From: Raillietiella orientalis
Lineage: Eukaryota
DNA length: 64,000 bases
Assembly: GCA_036172245.1 (NCBI GenBank)
Contig: JAYWIR010000006.1
Coordinates: forward strand, 1,426,001-1,490,000
Direction of reading: 5' to 3'
Shown one piece after another: positions 40,371 to 51,764 of this stretch (positions are counted from its first letter, which is position 1; every line of letters begins with the position of its first letter). Below the pieces are notes generated by a model. The model had not been told where the DNA came from. It worked only from the letters and a program-made list of their open reading frames with translations, and did no database searches. Position numbers and translations under genes: made by a program.

Positions 40371-41359
40371 GATGTTTCCTCAACCGAATACCGGGATGTG
40401 CCAAACAATTTTCAGAATGCAGCGAAAATTTTTAATTACTGGTTTCATTGCTTGTCTAATAACCTGCGATTCGATCTTTGGAGGCAGGATTCTGGTCCTC
40501 TTGAGATGATTTCACATAATGATCCGTTTATCTGTTGCTTCCCCGTTCCGATCACCTCGGCGGAGCGAAAGGTCCGCTGTTTCCAATAGCTACCGCTGCT
40601 GGCCACTTCTTCCTCCTGCCAGGAGGAGTCTCGCAAGTTTTCGCGTGCTTAACGAGTTTCATCGCAGCGCAGCACCGATAGTGTCGGTGAATAACTTCAT
40701 CACTCCGCTCCTTCCCCCCGTTTTCGGCGACCGGTTTTTCCCAGGAAGTTCTCTTCACTTCGCACATGTGTTTTGTAAACTTCGAATTTTCAGGCAGTCG
40801 TTCCAAGCGTCGCTTCCTTTCCTATCTGGTTACCTACATCGCTTGGTGAGTACCAGCTGGTCGTCGATTCAGGAAGGGAGTGAGAATGCTAAAGCACGCT
40901 CGCAGGAAGGAAGATACGACGCCTGATGTTTTCAAGGACATGCCTACATCCTTTCCGTTGGAGCAGTTCAAAGTGAAGCAGAAAAAGGGTGTAGTGCTTA
41001 GAGTGGAGCACGAAGTCGCGTCCCAAAGTTCTGATCGGTCGTGAACATGAGCTGACGCGGTGCGAAGTTCCAAACGAAGAAGACACGAAACACCCAACAC
41101 GCACACACACACACGCGGTGCATTCTGTCGACAGTCGGGCAGTCTAGTGGGATCTCTCTTTTTTTTTTTCTTCTTCAGAAAGGAAGAAAAAAGTTGCTCT
41201 GCGAGAGGCAGAAGCCGGAAACGAGGCAGTTTTCTCACCCGGTTGCGCTGGAGCGTTTATTCAGGGTACTGCTGTGCATTATATGTTGCAAAGGTCCTCC
41301 ATTACAATGTTGTAAGAGTGTGGGAATGGGAGGTTACCTAATGGTAGGGAAGGGGGAAG

Positions 41360-41930
41360 GACAGTAGACAAATGGATAAAATTCAAGTCGGAATGGACCA
41401 GGTCACAAGTACAAGCGCACTCTTTAGAAACCGAGCTCGAGGAGCTCTGCTCGGTAAGTCGAGGGAAACGAAAGAGTTGCGCGAAATTCCATCTGCTGGA
41501 AACAGCGCGGAAGACTTGGACAACCTCGTGCTGAAGAAGAGGGCGGCTGCGCCCACTGATCTGGGGAAGAACAACGCTGAGTTCCGGTGCTTCCCTGGGA
41601 TGGAAATTTTTCCGGGGAACGAACCCCTATATGCGTGGACAAAAAGAAGAGATCACGGTCAAACCACTCCGGAGCGAACCTAATGGAATGCCGGTCTTCA
41701 AGCGTTGATTTTGAACGGATTGGACCGAATTTCCATCCGGAAACATCGTTAGAGGAAGTGATCACGCTATTACGATCCGGGTTACGGCCGTTGCTTAAAG
41801 CAACAGCGCAATGAACAGTGATGGCTAATCAATACTCAGTATCCTATCCCAGCTAAAATATGAATCCTTGATGAAGGATCTCTGAAAGTTATTTGGAGAT
41901 GTGAGACAAAGGATACGCAGATAGGCCCAA
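41360..41930 (+). mobile_element. Possible degenerate L1-type ORF2 C-terminal fragment
   Basis: A-rich, complex stretch with ALFRN, WKQRG, WNAGLQ (cf. WE.DLG) and IWRCE pieces in an order like vertebrate L1 ORF2 C-termini. Weak. Confidence 0.25.
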
Positions 41931-43362
41931 GCCTTTAGTATGGAGGCGACAAGTAATCGAATTTCGTCTGTAACATTAGGCGAGGGGGACTCCGGCGCGA
42001 GAGGAAGAAGAGTGCTGCGATCACGAGAGTGGGTGGGGCTCCGACGAACTGAAATTTAGGAAGCGAAGGGCCCGGCGAGAAGCGCTCGTGGTCAGAGAGA
42101 GCGAGCACCGGTCAAGATCTCCGCGACCGAGGATGAAAAGTAACAACGGTGCTTGGTGAGTGATTTTTCCAGGTCGATCGGAGGGCAGCTCTGCTGGACC
42201 ATCTTCCGTGAACTCTGTGCTTCGCCGTCACGCACGCGCCGGGGGAAGAACAGAATCTTGGAAGAAGTGATCCAGCACGTGGGATCGTTTGATGAAGCGC
42301 TTCAGCCACCGTGGGCGGCCCCACGGCGAATCTCGACCGGCGACTCTTTTCTTTTCCAGCCATCTTGCTCCGACCAAGTTTCGCGCTCAAGAGGGGGGAG
42401 GGGGGAGAGGGAAGGGGGGAGGAATCACTTCCCAAACGGTACTTTCAACTCAAACTACCGGCCGAAACCGATATGCTGCCGAAGCACCTATCCTGTGGCC
42501 TGGACCACTTAGACGTAGTGATGGAATCGAAAGGGCGAATGTTGACTGTGACGTCCGCGGCCATCATGGCGCACCCGGAGCAGGTTCTTCCTCTGCAGTT
42601 TTGCAACCAACGTCTCCTCTGTTTCCTTTTTGGAATGCAGTCAGCTGTCATTCCTTCAATCCCCCCATGGAAACAAGCAGCCAAACAAGCAAGAAAGGAA
42701 AAAGGGAGGGGGAAAAAAAAAAAATAAATGAAAACAGCCCACAGTGAAATGGTGAAACTGCGAATCCATATCTGCGCTTCGTCTAATGCACTCATTGCAT
42801 GTTTAACCGGCCGAATTCAATGCGCACACACCGATCAAGAATCCGTATCTTAGGAACAAAAGAGAATCGAGATAAGGAAGTCAAAGTGAAGGAAGGAAGG
42901 CTGACCGTGTTGGGACCGAAATCTCGATATGCAACCTCGGGAAGTCACCTTGAACATATTACATTCGTCGTCCTGAGGATAATCATTCCCAGCTTTTTCC
43001 AGCTACAAGATGGCCGCTTAATTTGCACATCATGATGACTGTCATCTTCTGAACGTTCCAAATTATGCGGGGAGGCTTCCATCCACACGAAGAGCAAACG
43101 GGGTCTGCAGCGAGATCTGGAATCACGGAAACTTTTGCGTAACGTCGCCTGGCAGCCCCTCGACCGGCTCCGCACAATTGTTTCCCCCCGTCTCCATGGT
43201 TGCCGCAGAGGCGACCCTGATTGGCCGGTTCGCGTTTTCACTTGAAACGGCGTTCAGGGAATTTTTTTTGTTTTGTGTTTTTTCTCCGAGACAAGTGACG
43301 TTTTTGGACACTGGACGTCAGCTCGAAGTGATGCTCGCGAATCGGGAATATTGGGGGGGAAG

Positions 43363-43365
<3 letters not shown>

Positions 43366-43395
<30 letters not shown>
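43366..43395. repeat. (GA)15 microsatellite
   Basis: Directly visible. Confidence 0.95.
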
Positions 43396-43401
<6 letters not shown>

Positions 43402-46400
43402 GCCTTCCTATGCGAAAACGAGTTGATTCGGCGCAACGAAGGGTTAAAAAAAACGGGGAGGCGAAATGTCAGCAGCGGCGAGCGCAAGGTGGCGGCGCGC
43501 GCTGTTTGTAAATAGCGCCGGGGAGCTCGTGAGACGACATGAAGAGTAAGTGCAGTCAATACAGGAAGGAACATGAGCAACGTATGGTTTTTTTTTTTTT
43601 TTTCCTTTTTTTTTTTGTGGTCAGAGAAGGGGAGTGGGGGGAGGGAAGACAACAACTCCGTTTCGGAAAAGAGTAAACATCGGGTTGCGGACTCGACGCC
43701 TCAGGCGATCGCTCATGCAAACATGGCGTCGCCCATGCAGCCGCGCCGGATGCGCTCGGTGCGATTATGGCAGAGTTCTTGCGTTCGCTTTTGACCTTTT
43801 CGTGAGGCAAATGGAAACGTTTTCCAAAAAAGGCAGCAGAGAGAGAGGCAGGCAGGCAGTCATACGCAAGGGGAAAGGAAAGAACAAGAAGAGGAGGAGG
43901 AGGAGGGAGACTTCCGTGTTCTTTCGTTCCGTTTGACTTCCCAGGAGCGTGGAGAAGGAAAACCTCCGTCCCCACGAACAGCTGCGCATCCCTTCCTCCT
44001 TCCTCCCTTCCCCCACCTCTTCCCCCTTTCCCCATCCGCGCAAGCGCGCGACAGCGCCTCCCGCGTCCAAGGACGGGGCACTCCCGGTCTCACCTGAACC
44101 GTGGCGCATCCGAATCTCCCCCCCACCTCTCCTCCCCTTCTCCTCCCCACGCGCGGTCACCTTTTTTTTTTTGTTTTTTTTTCCGTCTTTTCCTTTTCGG
44201 GAGCTGTCTTTCCTGCGCGACGGATGCTCGCGGAGCACGCCGTTGGTGGGCGGCGAGCCACAGGCCGTCGACGGAGGGAGAGGAAAAGGAGGATCCTGGG
44301 ATGGAAAGCAGCGGCCTCGGATGGGTTGGGACTGGCGGGATTCTTTCGAGGAGTCTTGCAAAGACTCTCCCCCACCCTTCTTGACCGCCCACGGCGTCGC
44401 CTCGCTCCAGGCGTCCCTGCGAGTCCGGGACAGGGGGTAGGGTGGGGTGGGTCTTTTTTTACCCTTCGCATCGCTGCTGCTCCGAGCGATGGAAGTTGTC
44501 TCGTCACTCCCGGTCAAGCGAACGCCCATCCCCGGGAGCCGCTGCGCCCCTTCCGGCCGCGGGGAAAACCTGCGAGGAGGGGGGGGGGCTTATCAGCCTC
44601 GCCGACGACCTCTCTGAAGGCCCCCCCGGGTGAGAACCACCCTGTGAAGACTGTTCCATCGGAAACCCGGGGTCGCGCGCCCTCGTGCCAGCCCAACGCC
44701 TCCGCGCTTTTTTGCGCGCTGACCCGCGGCCGCCGCCTCGACCACCCGACCGGTCTGTCGAACACCCGAAAGGGTCACGGCTTGTCCAGCCTCGTCCGGC
44801 GCCCGCCTCGCGGCGCTCTCCGCCGAGCCGGCAGCAGCAACGCGCGCGCCGGTGCGCCCGAGCCTGGCCTCCGCGTTCGGCGGGACGGGGGGGGGGAGGG
44901 GGGGACGAAAGGGTGGTGGGTGGGTGGCGGCCGCGGATCCACCGCCCGCTCTGCTCTGTTCGCAGCGTGCTGGGTAGCCCTTTCGCGTGCGACCTCCCGT
45001 CTTCGTTCCCGTCGCGCGTTCCCGCCAGGTCCTTCCGACGGGTGTCCTTCCTCCTTCCTGTTCTCCTCCCTTCCTCCTCGTCCACCCCTCTCCTCCCCTC
45101 CCAGTCGGGGAAACGGGATCCGAAAAGGGATGATTCCACCCAAGGAGTGGGCGCGCTCGCGCTCCCGTTCGAGAAGGGTGGGCGATAGGAGACGCCACTC
45201 TTTTCACCTCCTGCTTTCCCGGTTTCCTCGTCGTAGTGGCCATCTTTGGGACGGAGCGGGGAAGGGGTACCCCTCGCGTGCCCTCTCTTCGGGTGCACGC
45301 GGCGGCACACGCGGGTGCACGTTCCGAGCGTCGACGGAAGTCCGCCGCCTCCTGACCTCTCTCTCTCTCTCTCCCTGCCGGTGAGAACGGAACGCGTGCC
45401 GGACGTGCTCCATGCGTCACTCCGTGGGGGCGGTTTCGGCTGCACGCAGTGGCGGTTGGCGGCTCCGGACGAGGGAGGCCGCTGCGTCTGGCAGGGCAAA
45501 GGGCACAGCGGAGAAGAAGGGGAGCGACCAACTCCTTGCCCTTCTTTCCTGACCGAAGCCGGTCCCGGGAGCCATCGCCGCCTCCTGCCCGGGTTCTCTC
45601 TGGGGCGCGGCATCGAAGGGTGGCAGCTGGAATTCCGCTCCATCTAACGGTCCGCTTCCCGCGAACGCTCACCGCCATCTATGAACGATGCTGTCAACAC
45701 GGGCAGGCGTGCTGCGGGGACTGAAGGGGAGCTGCCCGGCGTCCCCAGCCCTGGCCCGAGTGGGTTCGTCCCTTCTCCCTCCGCCTCACCCTTTCCGCTG
45801 CTCGCTTCTTTCTTCGTCTTCAGCACTCTGCTCCTCAATGTCGAGGTGATTGAGGGCCTCCGCCGGGCAAGTCGAATCCCCGGGCCGAGAGGGGGTAGGG
45901 AAAGGAAGGGGGGACGCGCGCGCGCCAAGAGGGGCGGGGGGGATGGAAGGGGGAGGAGCGAATGCGAAGAGAGTGGCATTCGGGTTGCGTCATCAGAATC
46001 ACGCGTGGCGGGCTGCCGGAGCGCATGCCAAGGAGGGACAGGGGGGGCAGCGTCTTCCGTCTTCGCGTGGACGCGGCCCGGAAGCCGCAGCGAGGAAGGG
46101 AGGACTTCATGGCGGCGGCCCCTCCGCCGTCGCGCCTTCTCGACGGACCGCGTCGCAAACGTTTCGCGACGAGTGGCCGCGCGCGCGTCTTCCCGTCCTC
46201 ACCGCAAGATCCACGCGCTTCATTTTCACCTCTTCGCCACCTCCGCCTTTGCTCCCTCTCCCTCCTCCTCGATCGATCGCTTTCGCTTTTCCTTTTTTTT
46301 TCTTTTTCTTTTTAGGGCCGATGCCTCGCCCATTCATTATTCAGCTGCAGCAGGCAGAGACCTTGACATCTGGGTTGGCTGCTGCGGCGGGACTCGCACA

Positions 46401-46730
46401 CTTCTTTCTTTCCTTCTTTCTTTCTTGGAGAGCCGGGAGGATTCCCGGCCGGGCGCAGCCCGAGCGAGGAGGAAGTGGCCTCCTGCTGACGGGCTCTTCG
46501 TCTGAACCTGCAAGGGCCGGAGGGAGGGGGGGTGGGCTGCGACGGCGCTCTTCGTGTGGAGCCGATCGAGAGTGGATGGCGACCGCGCTCCTCCTCATCC
46601 ACCGTGCCATCCCCGCGCGCGCGTCCGTGTCGACCTACCCGCCCCGCCTCCGATTCTTCATGGACGACGCTCCGGTGAGTCATCCACTCCAGGGGCAACC
46701 CCTCCCCCGTCTCGGGCTTGTCGCCCCCCC

Positions 46731-47120
46731 GAAGCGAACGCCCGTCTCACGTCCCTAAGTGCTCCCGGCGCCTGCCTGCCTCCCTCGAGGAGGCTCCCCC
46801 GCCCTCCGCCGATCCTCAGCCGGGACATAGGTCGCTGAGGACTGCGGTCCCACAGCCTCCCTCAGATCAGGGTGCCAGTGGGCGCCACGTTCTGCCGCGG
46901 GTCCGGTAAGCAATTTCCAGTCCTCGTGTCGCGCGGGGAACGAGGAACTCGACCCCTCCTCCCCTCTCCCTCCTCCCGCTCAGGGACTCCTTCGCCTTAC
47001 CGAGTCGCCTGCCCCGAGCGGTCTGCTGCTGCGGGAGTTCGAAGACCCTCACCCTTTCCGTCCCCCGGAGGCGAGGAAGGCAGAGAGGGCGCTCCGCAGT
47101 CCGCGTCCGAACCCGCAGCC
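46731..47120 (+). repeat. Direct repeat copy A (unclassified)
   Basis: Aligns with 49429-49765 over about 265 bp, roughly 80% identical by eye. Shared blocks include tgcctgcctccctcgaggaggctccc, ccctccgccgatcc, actgcggtccc, gggcgccacgttc and a terminal gtccgaacccgc. Confidence 0.9.
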
Positions 47121-47719
47121 CTTTCCCTCCCAACTGCGTCTCCGAGGGGACCTTCTACAGCCCCCAACAAAACGTGGGCCTCCTCGTGGACCCAGGCTCG
47201 AGGTTTTCCTCTTGCGCGGTTTCTTCAGGGTCTTCGGGACCACGTGAGGGGACGCGAGGAGTTTTTCATCACCACCGCCCTTCGTTCCTTCGTCTCCCCT
47301 CCTCGCCTCCCCCGCAGTTTCCCTTGAGCGGCTTCGCCCGCAACCCGTCCTCCGCCTCCGCCGTTGCAGGAGGGAGACGGTTGGCTGGTTGGTCCCATCC
47401 CGGCGGTGAGCGTTCGCCTCCTGCGTTCCGCAGCGGCATGCGGGTAAGACCTCCTGCCCACTTCCCTCCCCTTTCCCTCGCCCTCGTTCCAAATCCGTCC
47501 GCCCAGGAAGGGGGGTGGGGAGGAAGGGGGGAGGAAAAACTCTTCGCCGAAGAGCCGCTCAGCAGTTGCCGGACCCTCCGGACGGCGCGCGGGGGTGCCT
47601 CTGTTGTCGAACCCGGGCAGCGTTTCCCTCTCGGGGCTCGTCCCCGCCCGACCTGTCGGTGTTGGACGGACGGCCCGCTTTTGCCCCCACCCCTCCGGTC
47701 GCAAGTGTCTGCGCCGCGG

Positions 47720-48125
47720 TACATTCCGGCAGCGGCCTGGATGAAGCTGATGCTGGAATGGATTAGCATAACAACTACCCGTCTATCCGAAACGGAACCA
47801 AAAATAACAAACCTCTTCCCTCCACTCCTCTCCTCCTCCTCGTCCGCCTCCTCCCCCCCCCGGCTCCGCGCCTCCAATCAACATCTGCTATTTTTATGGT
47901 TTGCAATTATGTTGTGCCAGAAAAGAGATATGGATGGGGGTTCGAGTCAGAAATCTGTTAAAAATATGCTCAGACCACATTTTTATTGGGAGATTGTTGC
48001 TTAAAGCAGATTTTAAAATGATTGATGCTTCGCAATAATGGAGGACCATATAAATATGCGTTCCTGCAGAAAAGGAATAAAAGAAGTTTTCACGATCCTG
48101 TTTGCAAAGATTACGTCACTGAGGA
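47720..48125. promoter_or_regulatory. Candidate enhancer / conserved non-coding element
   Basis: AT-rich island in very GC-rich surroundings. Contains TTTATGG and TTTATTG (posterior HOX/CDX-type), TGATTGAT (PBX-HOX-type, 48019-48026), GGATTA and CAATTA. Confidence 0.45.
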
Positions 48126-49428
48126 GGAGAAAGCTGGGATCGGGCGTGGACGGGATTCCATTCCGGTCTCTGGTCGAGATTGACGAGCTGCCGCTGCCAC
48201 CGCTGCTGCTGCGGGCCGAGTGCGGCGGTGGCGGGAAAGAGACTTCCGGTTCCAAGAGGGCCGCCGACCGACCCTTCCTCAGAGGCCGAGGCTCGGACCT
48301 CTCCCTTCGGTGCCCTCCGTCGCGAGGAAGGCGGCGGCGCGATTTCTGAGACCTTCCCGTGGGAGCGTTCCTCTCTTCTTCCTCTTCTCTCGTTCCTCCC
48401 CTCTTGTTGCTCTCGCGTCGCAGCAGTTCCTCATCGGTTCTTTCCGAGGCATCCGGAGGCTGCCTTCTTCTTCTTGCTTTCTCAGGCCCGTGACGAAAGC
48501 GAAACTCGCCGGCAGATTCCTGCCGCTCTCTTCCAGTTGCCTCGAAGGCCTCTCGTTCTGTGGCGGTGGACCTCGGGCCGCGACGCGCGGCTGCGCCGTT
48601 CCAACCGCCGTTTTCTCTTCTTCGGGGGCTCCCTCTCCCAGGATTCGCCCCGCTCTCCCCCGGACGCACCCCCCAGCTTCGTGCAATCAGAGACTACGGC
48701 GGCCTTTCCGCAGGGCCTCGACTTCCTCGGCCGCCGATGCCTCGGAGGCAGCAGCAGCCCTGTGGCCGGGAAACCGTCGGGAAGGGAACGAAGCGGCGGG
48801 CGGCGAGAAAAGGAGGTCGGGGAGGGGGAGAGAAAAAAGTCTACAGCCCTGCCGCCTCGCGGATAGGAGAGCAGCCTCCCACGGATTCCGCCAGCTCGCG
48901 GCAGACCCCTTCCGCACATCCCGTGATTAATGGAAAAGACCGAGGCGAAATTCTTGCGCTTGCAAAATAAAGAACTCACCTCAAAGGCACCGGCCGCCGC
49001 AAAAACCACGGCCAGCGGTTGTCGCTTGTGGAAAAAGTCACGGTCGGTGGCAACCATCTTGTTTTTTGGGGGTCAAATTAATTACAGGCAACGTGTCTCC
49101 GTTCGGATGGGTCAGTTCCTGCTCCGCAAGATCGCGGATCCACGGAGAGGTCCGCGAAAGGAGGGGACGGAGCGCCTCGAGCAGCGCACCTCTTCCGGAG
49201 CGCAAGAGCAGCGACCGCTAAAGAGCGTTCGCTTTCCGGCTGCGAATTCCCGATCCGAGGTCCCTGATGGCTTCTTCGCCTCCCCGCTGTTTGGTCACCG
49301 CCACCCGCCCCGCTCCCGTCCTCCACTCCCCCTTTGTGGCTTCGTTACCGCCAACAGGGTCTGCGACGGGGACCGCGCGGTCCGGCGGCGGCGCGACCAT
49401 TCCGCCTCCGTTCCCCTTCTTCCTCCTC

Positions 49429-49765
49429 GGAGCGAGCGTCCGTCGCAGTCCCGGAATGCCCGGCGCATGCCTGCCTCCCTCGAGGAGGCTCCCTCACCCT
49501 CCGCCGATCCCCAGCCGAGCCACAGGTCCCGCCGAGAACTGCGGTCCCTCAGCCTCCCTGGGGTCAGGGCGCCAGGGGGCGCCACGTTCCGCCGTGGGTC
49601 TGGAGAGCAATTTCTGGTCCTCCGGTCGAGCGGGGAAGGAGGAACTCGGTCCCTCCTCCTCCTCCCTGCCTCCTGTTCCAGGGACTCCCTCGCCTCAGGG
49701 AGGCGAGGGAGGGAGGAGGAGGGGGGGGCACGCTGCTGTGGCCCGGGTCCGAACCCGCGTAGCCG
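49429..49765 (+). repeat. Direct repeat copy B (unclassified; lacks about 65-70 bp present in copy A)
   Basis: Homologous to 46731-47120. Contains the CTCF-like GCGCCAGGGGGCGCCA at 49569-49584. Confidence 0.9.
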
Positions 49766-51159
49766 TCCCCCGTGCTTCCGGCCAGGCGGTGCTCGCAGTC
49801 CTTCCGCAGAGCGAGGAGGAGGAGGAAGTCTCAGGAACGTTGCGGTTGCCGACTTCCACCACCTCGGACGGGCTGCGTGGTCCCCGCGCGGATGATTGAG
49901 ATGTGATGGAGCAACGCGCGCTCTCGAACGCCATCTTCTTTTAACGTGCCTTTGATGAATGACCTCGTGAAAACCCGGCCTCTGCTCCGTATAATTACGT
50001 TCCGATTTTTCCCGTTTAGAGGAGCGATACGAAATCGTTCCGCTCTATTTTTAGAAGCCGCCGGAGAGCCGAGGGAAGCTTTCCGATCGCCTTAGCAACG
50101 CGCGCCGGGATTTTTATTTTGTAACCACGATACGCCGCGCCGATAAGGGAAGCAGCTCTTAAATCAAGTGTCCGTTCGGTTGTTGCCTGCGCGAGGAGCA
50201 GATAAGGATCGGCGGGAAGGGCGACATTTCCCACCGGGATCTACCGGAAGGGGGGGGGGGGGAAGGGAAGCGAGGGCCAGCGGAACGCACCACCAGCGCG
50301 GAGGCGGCGCGATCCGCTCGCGCGGGACGGGTTGAGCGAGGTTCGCGCGGTTTCCGCCGTCCATCGCGGAGGAAGCCAAGAGGGAGGAGGAGGAGGAGAG
50401 AGAAACCTAACTCGGGGCGCTTCTGGAAACGGGTCGGTCTCCCCGGCAACGAGGTAGGCCGATTCGCACTTGCCGATTTCGTTCCCGTCTCCTCCCGAAG
50501 CCAAGTGGAATCTCATCAGCTCTCTGTCGGTGACAGCCCGAAGATCCGCTCCGCAGCCCCCCATGCCCGGGGGCCGCGAGAGATGGGGGGAAGATCCCTC
50601 GGACTGATAACGGCGCGGGGCGAGACGAGGCGACGGCGACAGACGCGGGAGGCCGGCCGGCTGCGGGCCCCCGCAGGCGGCAGCAGCACCGAGGCGGAGT
50701 TGGCGCGAGGGAGCGCCGCCAGGCGAGGCGGAAGGGCCAGGAGGCAGCGGCAAAGGCGAAGGTAGGAAGGTGGAGGGGAAGGAGGAGATCTCCGTCAGCA
50801 GTGCTGGAGGATCCCAGGAGAAGACCCGAAGTCGAATGTCGCCCGCGCAGAGCCGCTCGCTTGGAGCCCCGCGCGCCGGGAGGGGCGCGTATTCGAGGGG
50901 CTGGTGGCGCACGGGCGCGGGAGCAGGCGCTTTGATACGGACCCAAGCTGCTAAGAAGGTGCCGGAGTTGCGCGGGAAGCACCTCGAAGAGCTCCTTCCG
51001 TAATGAGGGTTTGCTAATCGCGCGCGCGCGCTCGTGCTGCTGAGGTGGCGAGCTGCCGAAGCGCCGGTCTCCGGCGACCGCATTCCGGGGACCGACTGTT
51101 CCCCTCCTCTTTCTCCCTGCTTCTCTGGTCTCCCCCAACCCCGGCGGATCTGAATCTCC

Positions 51160-51764
51160 CGCCCCTCCTCTCTTCCCGCTCTTCTTGCGCGCGTACCGGC
51201 GGCTGCTCTCCCGGAGCTCGTCGCCGCTCACTTCGTCCTCCGTCTCCGGATCACGGGTCACTGTCGTCACCAGGGTCTCCGCACCCTTCCTCCTCCTCCT
51301 CCTCCTCCTCGTCGACCACGGATCTCTCCAGGAACCTGAAGGCACCCAGGGCGCGCTCGGCGAGCTTCAGGACGCAGCTGCTGATCTTCCGTAGCCCGGG
51401 GCTGTCCACCTGCCTGCCGTTGTCCAGCGCCTTGGTGACCTCCACCGCCCTGGCGAACAGCCGGTGCGTCTTCCGCGAACCTCAGGAACGCCACGCTCGG
51501 GGGCGCTGGGCAGCCGGTTTAGAGTGCCAGGGGCGGGGTGGGACCCGCGCATGACGCCGATCCACAGCTCGTGCAGCCGGACGCCACAGACCCACTCGAC
51601 CCACCTGGCCGTCCACCGGCCCCCCTCCTCGGCGGCTCTCAGCGCCGCGAAGGGCTCGTGGCACGTCCGGCGGAAGGAGGGAGTCCCCGAGTGCCGCTCT
51701 CCCTCCGCCTCGTTCGCGCAGGCGGAGGTCGAGGGAAGGGCGAGGCACTGCTCCACATCACCCC
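51160..51764 (-). pseudogene. Frameshifted coding remnant of unknown family
   Basis: Strong 3-nt periodicity: 53 of 56 codons end in G/C over 51475-51308 (RKTHRLFARAVEVTKALDNGRQVDSPGLRKISSCVLKLAERALGAFRFLERSVVDE). Adjacent GC3-rich segments lie in other frames (...WTARWVEWVCGVRLHELWIGVMRG..., PSVAFLRF, PETEDEVSGDELRESSRRYARKKSGK). At least three frame switches. Confidence 0.55.

Noticed and set aside
41990..42400. Faint L2 C-terminal-like pieces on the minus strand (LDHF, MVQQS)
   Set aside because: Too weak to support without an HMM search.
44101..45678. Several overlapping ORFs of 360-430 aa
   Set aside because: They read through homopolymers and microsatellites on both strands, which indicates GC-driven stop-codon depletion.
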